DNA of 64,000 bases, from assembly GCA_041650615.1 (NCBI GenBank), contig JBAZKU010000001.1:386360-450359 (forward strand), read 5' to 3'. The translations under genes and the position numbers were made by a program. Shown here one piece after another: positions 8,193 through 17,640 of the stretch. Each line of letters begins with the position of its first letter. Position 1 is the stretch's first letter. Source of the DNA: Minisyncoccota bacterium. GTDB taxonomy: Bacteria; Patescibacteriota; Minisyncoccia; Phycocordibacterales; UBA9973. The notes beneath the pieces are model-generated. The model did no database searches. It saw nothing but the letters and a program-made list of their open reading frames with translations, and was not told the origin of the DNA.

Positions 8193-9557
8193 TCAAAAAG
8201 AAAGCAAAACACTATCCCCCAATTGAGGCGCGAACGCTTGAATCCCCAAATTATCCCGGATTTTTTGAGTCAGAAACATTGCAGACTTTGGTTCGCCCAT
8301 AACTACAAAAACTTTTTTAACTGTATCTCCCATATCTTCAACAAAACGCAGAAGTCCATCTCTATCTTTATGCCCTGAATATCCTAAAATAATAGCAACA
8401 TGCGCTTTTACATTTACATCTTCTCCGTTGATATGAACTCTTTTTATTCCTTCCTTTATTAATCTTCCCAAACTGCCTATAGATTGATATCCTGTAAGTA
8501 AAATAGTGTTATTTGGATCCGGTAAATAATGTTTCTCGTGATGCACTATTCTCCCCCCAGAAGACATACCCGAACCAGCTATAATTATTTTGGGATTTGG
8601 CGCATTATTAATCATTTTTGAGTCTTCCGATTGCAGAGTAGAATGAAGACCGGGGAAATCAAATAAAAATTTATCTTTGGACAATACTTTCTGGGCTGTT
8701 TCGTTAAAATAATTTTTGTATTGCTTGAAAATTTCCGTTAAACGAATAGCCAAAGGAGAATCAAAAAAAATAGACATTATCGGAATACGACTATTTTCAA
8801 CCAAATCATTCAGTTCAAATAAAAGTTCTTGCGAACGCTCAAGTGAGAAAGTAGGCACAATAAGTGTTCCTTTTCTTTTGTAATTATCCTCTATTATTTG
8901 TTCTAAAAGCTTCTTACGGTCATTTCTAGACTCATGATTTCTATCTCCATAAACGGATTCAATTATTAAATAATCCGCATCGGTAATTTTTTCCGTATCA
9001 GGTAATAATGGAGATGGAGAATTACCTAGATCCCCGGTAAAAAGAATTTTCTTGCCATTATAAATAAATTCAACCATTGCTGAACCTAAAATGTGTCCAG
9101 CGTTTTTGAAAGATACTTCTAAATTAGGGGTTATTTGTATTTTCTCGTGATAATCAAATGAAACCCACTGTTTAAATGTTTTATTTAAATTTTCTTCAGT
9201 ATATATCCTCCCCAAATTAAATTGCTTATTGTTAGATAAAATACCGGCAGTGTCTTCCAGCATCGGACCGGCAAGCGCTTGGGTAGGTTTTGTAGAGTAA
9301 ATTTTTCCATTAAATCCATCATTGATTAATTTTGGAATTCTTCCAATATGGTCTACATGAGCATGAGTAACAAAAAGGATATCTATCTTTCTTGGGTCAT
9401 AAGAAAAAGGTGTCCAGTTGGTGTCATAAGTTACATCTCCTCCTTCCGTAAGTCCACAATCAATTAAGATTTTTTTACTGTCTATCTCCAAAAGAAAATT
9501 CGCGCCCGTAACCGAGCCTGTTCCCCCACAAAATGTTAATTTGGCGGTATTTTGCAT
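8193..9557 (-). CDS. MBL-fold beta-CASP ribonuclease (RNase J/CPSF-like)
   Basis: HAHVDHIGRIP metallo-beta-lactamase motif, DCGL, beta-CASP-like C-terminal region; start set at MQNTAKLTF. Confidence 0.7.
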   Translation of the reverse strand: MQNTAKLTFCGGTGSVTGANFLLEIDSKKILIDCGLTEGGDVTYDTNWTPFSYDPRKIDILFVTHAHVDHIGRIPKLINDGFNGKIYSTKPTQALAGPMLEDTAGILSNNKQFNLGRIYTEENLNKTFKQWVSFDYHEKIQITPNLEVSFKNAGHILGSAMVEFIYNGKKILFTGDLGNSPSPLLPDTEKITDADYLIIESVYGDRNHESRNDRKKLLEQIIEDNYKRKGTLIVPTFSLERSQELLFELNDLVENSRIPIMSIFFDSPLAIRLTEIFKQYKNYFNETAQKVLSKDKFLFDFPGLHSTLQSEDSKMINNAPNPKIIIAGSGMSSGGRIVHHEKHYLPDPNNTILLTGYQSIGSLGRLIKEGIKRVHINGEDVNVKAHVAIILGYSGHKDRDGLLRFVEDMGDTVKKVFVVMGEPKSAMFLTQKIRDNLGIQAFAPQLGDSVLLSF

Positions 9558-9564
9558 TGTTAAA

Positions 9565-9960
9565 TTATACCGCATTTTGAACGGTAAACACAATTTTTTT
9601 AAATGAGTAAAATACCGCAAATAATCCGCCAGAAATATCAAAAAGTATGTCGGAAATGGTGTCAAAGAAATTAAAAGAATCTTGAACTGTATATTTGTTA
9701 ACTAAAATCTCAAATGCTTCCCACCCCGCCCCGATGAGTAATACAATAAAAAATATTTTTAAAATAGGCTTAAGGGAATTATCTTTGAGTGGAAATATGT
9801 AAATACAAGCGAAACCAAGCCAAATTCCTCCTAAAAAATGCATTAGCATATCAAAATACCATATTGATGAATACCAATGAAATTCCATAGCTAAAAAGTT
9901 CAATAAAAAAATTAAGAAAATAAGCGAAATTAAACGTATTAAAAGTTTTTTGGAGTCCAT
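9565..9960 (-). CDS. small integral membrane protein (possibly VanZ-like)
   Basis: 3-4 predicted TM helices; leaderless-type start (TATAAT, 6 nt, ATG). Confidence 0.4.
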   Translation of the reverse strand: MDSKKLLIRLISLIFLIFLLNFLAMEFHWYSSIWYFDMLMHFLGGIWLGFACIYIFPLKDNSLKPILKIFFIVLLIGAGWEAFEILVNKYTVQDSFNFFDTISDILFDISGGLFAVFYSFKKIVFTVQNAV

Positions 9961-10017
9961 ATCAGTATTATACGTCTTTCAAGAAAAATTCCCCACACTA
10001 AGTGGAGGATTTTTCTT

Positions 10018-10142
10018 AGGGTTATTTCCGATGTATTACCATAGCTTTATAGCTAGGTGGGTACCAGACGGATAAGACCAAGGTCAAACACGATCGAGGC
10101 TCCCATAAAATATTGTTCTAGGTAATAATCGGAAATAACCCT
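10018..10142. repeat. 15-bp perfect inverted repeat AGGGTTATTTCCGAT/ATCGGAAATAACCCT enclosing 95 nt; candidate structured ncRNA or MITE
   Basis: Read directly; interior holds further small palindromes (AGCTTTATAGCT). Confidence 0.4.
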
Positions 10143-10216
10143 ACTTAAAGTCTATGCCTTTTAAAAAAGTTAGCAACTGGACGAAACAATTTTTTCGTTT
10201 CTGAATTTTTTATTCT

Positions 10217-10801
10217 TTATTCATCCACTCCAAAACGTTTATATTCGCAAATTTTGGCATTGCCAAACCAATGTTTGATTTCATGTTGCGCTTCTTCCGG
10301 TGTTTCGGAACAATGCACAATATTCATTACTGCTCTTTTTTCCTTATTGGCAAGGGCAGGAGAATCTATAGAAAAATCTCCGCGAATTGTGCCCATATCC
10401 GCTTTGTAAGGCATAGTGTCCCCGGCTATTTTACGAACCACATCCACTGCATGCACGCCTTGCACAATCATTTTTACCAATGGAGTGCTTGTCATATAAC
10501 TTATTAACCATTTGCGAACTTCTGGTCCAATTTTGGAAGTATCGCCTGTGCCAAAATCAGCTACTAAATCATATCCGTATTTTTCATAAGTTGTTTTTGT
10601 CTTTTCTCCAAGACGAGTTATCCATTCTTCTTTTTTGGGATAATGATTGTCAATTTCATCATGAGTGGGCTGAAACATTTCAAGCGCCACAATCTTCAAA
10701 TCGCGTTGCTCAAAACGCTTGATAATCTCGCCGATAAGACCTTTTCTGACCCCGTCCGGCTTTATCATTACATATGTCTGTTCTTCTTTTGGATGTTTCA
10801 T
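10217..10801 (-). CDS. ndk: nucleoside-diphosphate kinase, long form with an internal insertion of about 35 aa
   Basis: YVMIKPDGV, active-site NIVHCSE; 194 aa versus the usual about 140. Confidence 0.75.
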   Translation of the reverse strand: MKHPKEEQTYVMIKPDGVRKGLIGEIIKRFEQRDLKIVALEMFQPTHDEIDNHYPKKEEWITRLGEKTKTTYEKYGYDLVADFGTGDTSKIGPEVRKWLISYMTSTPLVKMIVQGVHAVDVVRKIAGDTMPYKADMGTIRGDFSIDSPALANKEKRAVMNIVHCSETPEEAQHEIKHWFGNAKICEYKRFGVDE

Positions 10802-10943
10802 ATTTTTATCTTAGCAGATTTTTAAAAATTATTCAACAAAATACAAAATTGTGCTTTTTTCGGCATACGCAATATTAGATTCGTAAACCACATTCAGGTT
10901 CGAGTGCGAGCCGTGAAAAAGTACTATTTTGTATTTTATGATA

Positions 10944-13703
10944 TTACTGCATCGAAGCATACCTAGCCATGATTTCTTTTTCCACTTCTTCGCGGTCACG
11001 ACCGTATTTTGTATAAGAAAGTTGTTTTAGACTGTCTACAATTTCCTTATTCCCCTCTTCCGGCGGTAGTGTTTTTAGATTAAAAGGTTTTGTCGGTTGA
11101 CCGTTTACCAACATACTCATATAAGCATTATAATTATCCAATTTGGTTATATCTTGAGCACTGAATGTTGGTTTGAATTTTGGCTCTAAGAAATTCGCGT
11201 CTTCCGTCCCAACGCGAAACACTGCCATTGAACCGACATTGCCAAAAACCGCATTCTTAATATTTTCCCCTAATTGAGTAATATACTGATGAGCAATATT
11301 AAGCGATAGTCTGTATTTTCTGGCCTCGGATAAAATGGAAGCGATAGAGTCGGTTGTTACGTTTTGAAATTCGTCTATGTATAGATAAAAATCATTTATC
11401 GGTTTGCCGAACATATCCACTCGGGAAAGCGCGGCCATTTGAATTTTACCTACAAGCACTAGACCAATCAAATTTGCATTAATATCGCCTAATCTGCCTT
11501 TGGAAAGATTCACCAGTAAAATTTTTTTCTCATCCATAATCTTTCTAAAGTTAAAAACCGAATTTTGTTGGAGCACCACCGGACGCATAATGTCATTGGA
11601 AATAAAATTATCAAATTTTGAAGAAATATAAGGTACAAAGTTTGCCAAGGATTGATCCCCGGTCGTTTGTTCGGCTGAAGTCCAGAACTGTTTTATAATA
11701 GGATTTTTACAGCGGGCTAATTTCAAATCACGAAATTCTTTATCTGCTAAAACTCTGGTAATCTCCAATAAAGTTGAGCCAGATTCGGGATCTTCCATAA
11801 CCAGAAAAGCACTATTGCGAAAATATTGCTCAAACATCGCCCCACCGCCGATTTTCATATCAAAAAGTTTATTAAAGATACCCATCATTTCATTTACCAC
11901 AAATGTTTTTTGCTCCGGATATTTCGGGTCATATTCCAGCATATTCAGCCCCATCGGTCGTATGGTATAAGCCGGGTCAAAATAAATCACATCATCCATG
12001 CGTTTTTTGGGGATACGGGACAAGATAGTTTGAATATCCGTCCCGTGAGGATCAATATAACAACAACCGTCGCCGTTTTTTATATCCTGCGTTATCATAT
12101 TAAGCATAATATTCGTTTTACCGGTTCCGGTTTGGCCAATAGTATAAAAATGCCTCATGCGATCTTCTCGCGACATATGAATAACAGTATCTTTTCCCCT
12201 GTAACTATTTACTCCTAGCACTATTCCCTCTTGTCCCATCTCTAACGGGGCGGGAGCAATGCCAGCTTTTGCTTCTTTTAATTGTGGCTGGCTTCCTATA
12301 CCGACAGGAAAATGAAACACGGAAGAAAGTTCTTTTAAATTCATAGGCAAAATCTTATCTCCAGAAAATGTGCGGTATGAAAAATCGTGGAAAAGTTCTT
12401 TCAACCCACTGTCGGAAATTCTCTCAAACATGAAAGAGTTGCTAGTTGATTCGGTAAATTGATTGAAAGAAGACTCTATTTCCGCCAGTATCATTAAGGC
12501 CCTTTCTTTTGTCGCAGCGGAAGCCACAACTCGAATATTTGCTTTCATGATTGTGCTTTTCATCTTATTGCCTATTTTTTCTATTGCGCCTTCATCTACC
12601 GCTTTTCTGCCTGCCACATATTTTTCCTCGGTCTTTTCTTTTTTCTTCACACCAAAAAGCAAATCTTTTGAAGCTTTCAAAAACGCCTTATTAAATTTAT
12701 AAAAATTATCCGCTGCATGTTTTACTGACATCCCTCCTTTAACATCATCTAAAATCAAATGAAATTCATCTATAAATTTCTCGCCAGCAGGAGCTATCAC
12801 CAGTTGAATGGCAGCACCTTCTCCTTTGGTTTCTAATTTCGAAAAAACATTGAGTAAAGTATTCATTGGATCGTGATCAATTTGATCATAAGTTTTTATA
12901 GGGAGAACAGAACGCTCTGAAAAATTAGCATAAGCTCCGATAGAGACACCATTCTCATTAAAAATATTATAATCATCTGTCACTTCACGGATTTTCGCAT
13001 CATGATAAAAAGCTAGAATTTGTTTCTCAAAAAGCGAGATATTTTTATTTGGTATAGCAGCATAAACTATCACCTCATCCGAGTTATTACTAAGCGCTAT
13101 TTCTAGCGTATAATAATTTTCTTTTTCATTATTTTTTCCTTCCGAGATAGATTGCATTCCTGCATAAAACTGTTCCATAGCACCGATAAATTCTTTAAAA
13201 TTTTTCTGTTTGTCGACTTCTTCCTTGGGCGGGGGAAGAGTTATTTCAAAAAGGGTCATATGAAGAGATTTAAAAAGAGGAGTCCCTTCTTTCAAATCAA
13301 ATATTTTACCTGTTTTTAAATATTGAATTAATACTCGGTGAAAATCATCATCTATGTGCGGATTCTCCATTGTTTCTACTATGGATAATGCATTTCTAAT
13401 TCCTTTAGTTATCACAATACCCAAAAGCTCTTCCATTTTACTATCATGAGTTTCGGGTTTAAGTGCAAGCACTATGCTTTCCGCTTCCTTTCTATTTATA
13501 ATGTTGTCTTTGTGGATAATTTCTTCTATAGGTTTTTCTTTATATTCTCCTATAATATCTTTCACCGCATTTTCATTCGCACGTTCAAGTTTCCCTTTGT
13601 CTATGAGTTCTTGTTCTCTTTTCGCAACATGAGCGCGCAAATAATCCAACTCTTCTTCCGGAGTTTTAAATTTTGGCGCTTCGCTCAAAAACGACTTTTC
13701 CAT
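10944..13703 (-). CDS. FtsK/HerA-superfamily P-loop ATPase, T4SS VirB4/VirD4 (TraC/TraG)-like, with a 500-aa soluble N-terminal region
   Basis: Walker A GQTGTGKT, IDPHGT, Walker B LYIDEFQN, ARKYRLSLNIAHQYITQL (T4SS ATPase RK...Q..QL motif); start set at MEKSFL (the upstream in-frame stretch is translation of a GC-rich repeat). Confidence 0.55.
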   Translation of the reverse strand: MEKSFLSEAPKFKTPEEELDYLRAHVAKREQELIDKGKLERANENAVKDIIGEYKEKPIEEIIHKDNIINRKEAESIVLALKPETHDSKMEELLGIVITKGIRNALSIVETMENPHIDDDFHRVLIQYLKTGKIFDLKEGTPLFKSLHMTLFEITLPPPKEEVDKQKNFKEFIGAMEQFYAGMQSISEGKNNEKENYYTLEIALSNNSDEVIVYAAIPNKNISLFEKQILAFYHDAKIREVTDDYNIFNENGVSIGAYANFSERSVLPIKTYDQIDHDPMNTLLNVFSKLETKGEGAAIQLVIAPAGEKFIDEFHLILDDVKGGMSVKHAADNFYKFNKAFLKASKDLLFGVKKKEKTEEKYVAGRKAVDEGAIEKIGNKMKSTIMKANIRVVASAATKERALMILAEIESSFNQFTESTSNSFMFERISDSGLKELFHDFSYRTFSGDKILPMNLKELSSVFHFPVGIGSQPQLKEAKAGIAPAPLEMGQEGIVLGVNSYRGKDTVIHMSREDRMRHFYTIGQTGTGKTNIMLNMITQDIKNGDGCCYIDPHGTDIQTILSRIPKKRMDDVIYFDPAYTIRPMGLNMLEYDPKYPEQKTFVVNEMMGIFNKLFDMKIGGGAMFEQYFRNSAFLVMEDPESGSTLLEITRVLADKEFRDLKLARCKNPIIKQFWTSAEQTTGDQSLANFVPYISSKFDNFISNDIMRPVVLQQNSVFNFRKIMDEKKILLVNLSKGRLGDINANLIGLVLVGKIQMAALSRVDMFGKPINDFYLYIDEFQNVTTDSIASILSEARKYRLSLNIAHQYITQLGENIKNAVFGNVGSMAVFRVGTEDANFLEPKFKPTFSAQDITKLDNYNAYMSMLVNGQPTKPFNLKTLPPEEGNKEIVDSLKQLSYTKYGRDREEVEKEIMARYASMQ

Positions 13704-13748
13704 AATTATAATTATAACATTAATTTTAAAAATTCGTCGAAGGTGTAG

Positions 13749-13866
13749 TTTTTTCGAGACATTGCGCAGGAGCTTAGAAAATAAAGAAGGTAATCCGACT
13801 ATTATTTTCTTGAGCGACGAGCATAGCAATCCGCAAGCTTGCGGATATGCGTGTCGAGAAAAAATT
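13749..13866. repeat. GC-rich repeat family 5, copy Y (ATTGCGCAGG ... GACGAGCATAGCAA with a 44-nt internal insert; CCGCAAGCTTGCGG palindrome)
   Basis: Shares CATTGCGCAGG and GACGAGC-GAGCATAG blocks with 48632-48660. Confidence 0.45.
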
Positions 13867-13882
13867 ATACCGAGAAAGAATT

Positions 13883-14650
13883 TTAAATCTGTGTCAATAT
13901 CTCCGGTTCGCCATCAGTAATCAAAATAGTGTGTTCAAAATGCGCGCTTTTTTTGCCATCGGCGGTGTGGAAAGTGTATCCATCTTTATCCAAAATCACG
14001 TTTTTTGTCCCATTATTCAACATTGGCTCTATGGCTATAACCATACCAGGTACAAGTTTTGCCCCTGTGCCAGCTTTCCCAAAATTTGGAATATAAGGAT
14101 CTTCATGTATGGCGCGTCCGACGCCGTGCCCGGATAAAACCTCTACAATGCCGTATCTATGCGGACGAACAAAACTTTCTATGCTATTGCTTATGTCTCC
14201 TACTCTGTATCCCGCTTGGGCTGCTCTAATACCCATCATCAAAGCTTTTTCAGTGATTTCTATAAGTTTTGCAGAAGAAGCACTGACTTCGCCCACAGGT
14301 ACAGTAATAGCCATATCAGTAAAAAGTCCGTTATGTTTCAATCCTAAATCCAAAGAAACAATATCGCCTTCTTTTAAAATTTTATTTTTATTTGGAATGC
14401 CATGAACCACTTCATCATTAACAGAAACACATAAAGAAGCCGGGTATGGGAAATCCGCCCCTTCCGGACGATAGTTTAAAAACGCCGGTTCATCATCCAT
14501 ATCTTTTATTAATTTTTCTACATATTTATCCAATTCCCAAGTGGAAATTCCCGGTTTTACTATTTCTTTAACCTTATATAAAACAGTAGCCAATCTTTTG
14601 CCTCCTTCTCGCAATATTTTTATTTCTTCCGGGGTTTTGATTATTATCAT
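13883..14650 (-). CDS. map: methionine aminopeptidase type I
   Basis: Typical Map fold motifs (metal ligands within GHGVGRAIHE and HFEHT). Confidence 0.88.
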   Translation of the reverse strand: MIIIKTPEEIKILREGGKRLATVLYKVKEIVKPGISTWELDKYVEKLIKDMDDEPAFLNYRPEGADFPYPASLCVSVNDEVVHGIPNKNKILKEGDIVSLDLGLKHNGLFTDMAITVPVGEVSASSAKLIEITEKALMMGIRAAQAGYRVGDISNSIESFVRPHRYGIVEVLSGHGVGRAIHEDPYIPNFGKAGTGAKLVPGMVIAIEPMLNNGTKNVILDKDGYTFHTADGKKSAHFEHTILITDGEPEILTQI

Positions 14651-15327
14651 TTTATTACCGTTCCTAAAAACTTCTCGCCATTTAAACACTTGGCTAAATT
14701 ATCAATCGGCTTGCCATTCATTATTACCACCTCTATTCCCTCTTTTTCCGCCATTTCCGAAGCAATGGGGTCAAATGGCGAATTAAGACCCGGATTCCAG
14801 TCTTTTGGAATTAATTTCCTATATTCTGCCCAAGAAATTTTTTCAATTTTTTGGGCGCTTCCATTTATTTTTGGGTCAGAATCATATACATAATCCGTAT
14901 TGGATAAATTAATTATTTTCTTAGCGCCTAATGTTTTTGCTCCCTCAACCGCGTCCCAATCTGTACTGCGTCCGGGACCAAAAGCTGCCCCAATAATTAT
15001 CGGTTTATCAAAAGATAATTTCTCGGATAAATTAAGAATGACCTTTGGATGGGCATATTCGCCAAAGATAACTCTCAGTAATTCGGCATTTAATTTTAAA
15101 GAGGCTATCCCTATCCAATCCAAATCTTCATCGGAAGGATTAGTAAGTTCTTTGGCAACATCTTGATATTTTCTGCAAATTTTTCCACCACCGGTTATAA
15201 TTACAAATTTCTTGCCTTTGGCAACATGGGAAAGAATCAGAGATTTAAAATCCTTTAAAAAATTCAAGTCTAAATTTTCTGGGATAATAAGCGAACCACC
15301 AAGTGAAATTACTATCGTTTCTTCCAT
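14647..15327 (-). CDS. amino-acid-kinase family protein, likely short (archaeal-type) UMP kinase
   Basis: ISLGGSLI, IITGGG, GAAFGPGRSTD; 226 aa; sits between adk and map. Confidence 0.5.
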   Translation of the reverse strand: MEETIVISLGGSLIIPENLDLNFLKDFKSLILSHVAKGKKFVIITGGGKICRKYQDVAKELTNPSDEDLDWIGIASLKLNAELLRVIFGEYAHPKVILNLSEKLSFDKPIIIGAAFGPGRSTDWDAVEGAKTLGAKKIINLSNTDYVYDSDPKINGSAQKIEKISWAEYRKLIPKDWNPGLNSPFDPIASEMAEKEGIEVVIMNGKPIDNLAKCLNGEKFLGTVIK

Positions 15328-15328
15328 A

Positions 15329-15913
15329 TTAAAATTTCAATGCTTTAATAATATCTTTATGCACATTTTCTATAGTTTGCTCCCCATTTATTTCAATAAA
15401 ATTATATCCCGATTTACCGCGAAAATATTCAACCGATGGCATAACATCTTTCTCATACCAATTAAGTCTATTCTGAATTTTTTCTGGCGTATCGTCCGCT
15501 CTTTTACGTTCCATCATTCTAGTATAAGACCAATCTTTTGATACATTCATTAAAATGATATTCGGTTTTTCTATTTTATAAAAATCAAAAGCAGAATCAA
15601 GAGCTATTGATTCTTCTTTTCTACGGCAAACTCCGTCCAAAACCAGATCTTGGCCTCCGGAAAAATTCTTAATTAAAATATCCGTCCAAATCCAAATTGG
15701 TAAAAATACGGGAATAAGACCACCTTCTTTTAATATATTTCCAGCAAGTTTACTGGAATAATTATTTGTTTTTATAAATTCCCTAAATTGATTACCTGTT
15801 TCAGTGTATATAATCTCTTTTCCTTGCGACTTTAAAAAATCAGCCAAAAGTTTGGCTTGAGTTCCTTTTCCACATCCAGATCGCCCAAAAAATACAAAAG
15901 CTTTTGAATTCAT
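15329..15913 (-). CDS. adk: adenylate kinase
   Basis: P-loop GRSGCGKGTQA. Confidence 0.85.
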   Translation of the reverse strand: MNSKAFVFFGRSGCGKGTQAKLLADFLKSQGKEIIYTETGNQFREFIKTNNYSSKLAGNILKEGGLIPVFLPIWIWTDILIKNFSGGQDLVLDGVCRRKEESIALDSAFDFYKIEKPNIILMNVSKDWSYTRMMERKRADDTPEKIQNRLNWYEKDVMPSVEYFRGKSGYNFIEINGEQTIENVHKDIIKALKF

Positions 15914-15995
15914 ATAGAAAGATTACACAATTTTGGTGAAAAAATCAACCCACACACTTATTTTGGCTATACAAAATAAGTGTGTGGGTCAAGAT

Positions 15996-17294
15996 TTAAT
16001 ACTCCCTCATAGAGATTTGAGCATCTACTTTTTTGATGAGGTCAAGCACTACGGAAACTACTATGAGTAAAGCTGTGCCACCGAGAGCGATAGCGGTAAT
16101 GCCAGTGAGAGAACGCATAATCAGAGGTAAAACGGCAATGAAGCCAAGAAAAACTGCACCAAGCAGGGTAATACGGCTTAAAACCTTTGAAATATATTGG
16201 GAAGTGGATATTCCTGGGCGGATGCCTGGAATAAATGCGCCATTTTTTTGCAGATTGGTAGCCAACGCTTCCGGATCAAAAGTGACTGCTGTATAAAAGT
16301 AAGTAAAAAGAAATACTAAAATGAAATAAAGTACAGCGTAAAGCAGGCTTGTTTGTGAAAAAGAAACAAGCACTTTAGAAATGGAAAGTAAAATTGAATT
16401 GGAAGAACTCGCTAAAAAATTACCGATCATTTGAGGAAAAAGCAAAAGGGAAAGCGCAAAAATTATCGGGATAACTCCCGCTTGATTAACCCGAAGAGGC
16501 AAATAAGTAGAGCCTCCGCCATATATTTTCATTCCCCTTACCTGCTTGGCATAAGTTACAGGGATAGGACGTTCCGCTTCCGTTACAACTACCACTCCGG
16601 CAATTACTGCAGCTCCAGCCACGATAAACATCAAGAAGAGAGGAATTTGAGAAACATCAAAAGTAAAGATGAGTTGACTTATTTCTGTCGGAAGTTGAGA
16701 AACGATACCGGCAAAAATTATTAAAGATACTCCGTTTCCAATGCCAAATTCTGACATAAGTTCACCAATCCACATTAACAGCATTGAACCTGCAACAACA
16801 ATAATCAAATTAGTAATACGATCAAAAGCCGTCAAATTTACTAAAATATTCTGCCCTTCTAAAATAGCCAAAAGACTATATCCTTGAATAGCAGCTAAAG
16901 GAACAGTGAGCAATCTTGAGTATTGAGTAAATTTTTTCCTTCCCGCTTCCCCTTCTTCATGATAAATCCTCTTTAGGGCGGGAACCATAATGGTTAATAA
17001 TTGCATAATGATTGAACTGGTGATATAAGGCCCGACACCTAACATTATGATAGAAAGATTGGAAAGCCCGCCTCCAGAGAAGATATTTAAAATGCCAAAA
17101 AATTGATTATTCGTAAGAAAACGATTGAGCTCTAATGCGTCTATCCCTGGGATGGGAACTGAGGAAAGCAATCTAAAAACAACCAGTGCAGCAAGCACAA
17201 ATAAAACTCTTTTTCGTAAAATAGTATCCGTCCAAATCAATTTTATTTTATTCCAAAAATTTTCCATATGTTTACCTAACTCTGATCTTGCCAC
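15996..17294 (-). CDS. secY: preprotein translocase subunit SecY
   Basis: 10 TM helices, SecY signature region, position after rplO. Confidence 0.9.
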   Translation of the reverse strand: MARSELGKHMENFWNKIKLIWTDTILRKRVLFVLAALVVFRLLSSVPIPGIDALELNRFLTNNQFFGILNIFSGGGLSNLSIIMLGVGPYITSSIIMQLLTIMVPALKRIYHEEGEAGRKKFTQYSRLLTVPLAAIQGYSLLAILEGQNILVNLTAFDRITNLIIVVAGSMLLMWIGELMSEFGIGNGVSLIIFAGIVSQLPTEISQLIFTFDVSQIPLFLMFIVAGAAVIAGVVVVTEAERPIPVTYAKQVRGMKIYGGGSTYLPLRVNQAGVIPIIFALSLLLFPQMIGNFLASSSNSILLSISKVLVSFSQTSLLYAVLYFILVFLFTYFYTAVTFDPEALATNLQKNGAFIPGIRPGISTSQYISKVLSRITLLGAVFLGFIAVLPLIMRSLTGITAIALGGTALLIVVSVVLDLIKKVDAQISMREY

Positions 17295-17583
17295 CTTTTA
17301 TATTCAGGCGTTTTCTGAGGAGAGAAAAAGTTTCTATTTCCCCTCCTTCTGAAAGAGCCTTCTCTCGCTTCACTATAAATGGTGCGCGAATTGATTTAAA
17401 CTGATACCCACGATTCTTTGGTAATTTCTTAATGATATCACGAAGTTCGGGACGGCGCTTGTTGCCCGCTCGGGCCGTCTGTCCCTTGCCTCCCCGTCCA
17501 GAAGTTTTGGCATGCTTGCCTCCACGACCGACGATTCGGTCTTTTTTATTTTTATGTTCTCTTTTTAAATTATGTATTTGCAT
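17272..17583 (-). CDS. rplO: 50S ribosomal protein L15
   Basis: GRGGKHAKTSGRGGKGQTARAG. Confidence 0.9.
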   Translation of the reverse strand: MQIHNLKREHKNKKDRIVGRGGKHAKTSGRGGKGQTARAGNKRRPELRDIIKKLPKNRGYQFKSIRAPFIVKREKALSEGGEIETFSLLRKRLNIKGGKIRVR

Positions 17584-17640
17584 TTTTAGTTCTTAAAGTT
17601 TTTAATATTATAAAGTTTTTAAAGTATCTGCTTTGTGACT

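Noticed and set aside
13704-13829. In-frame N-terminal extension of the large ATPase ORF (MLCSSLKK...)
   Set aside because: It is simply the translation of the GC-rich repeat copy Y; the first plausible start is MEKSFL at 13703.
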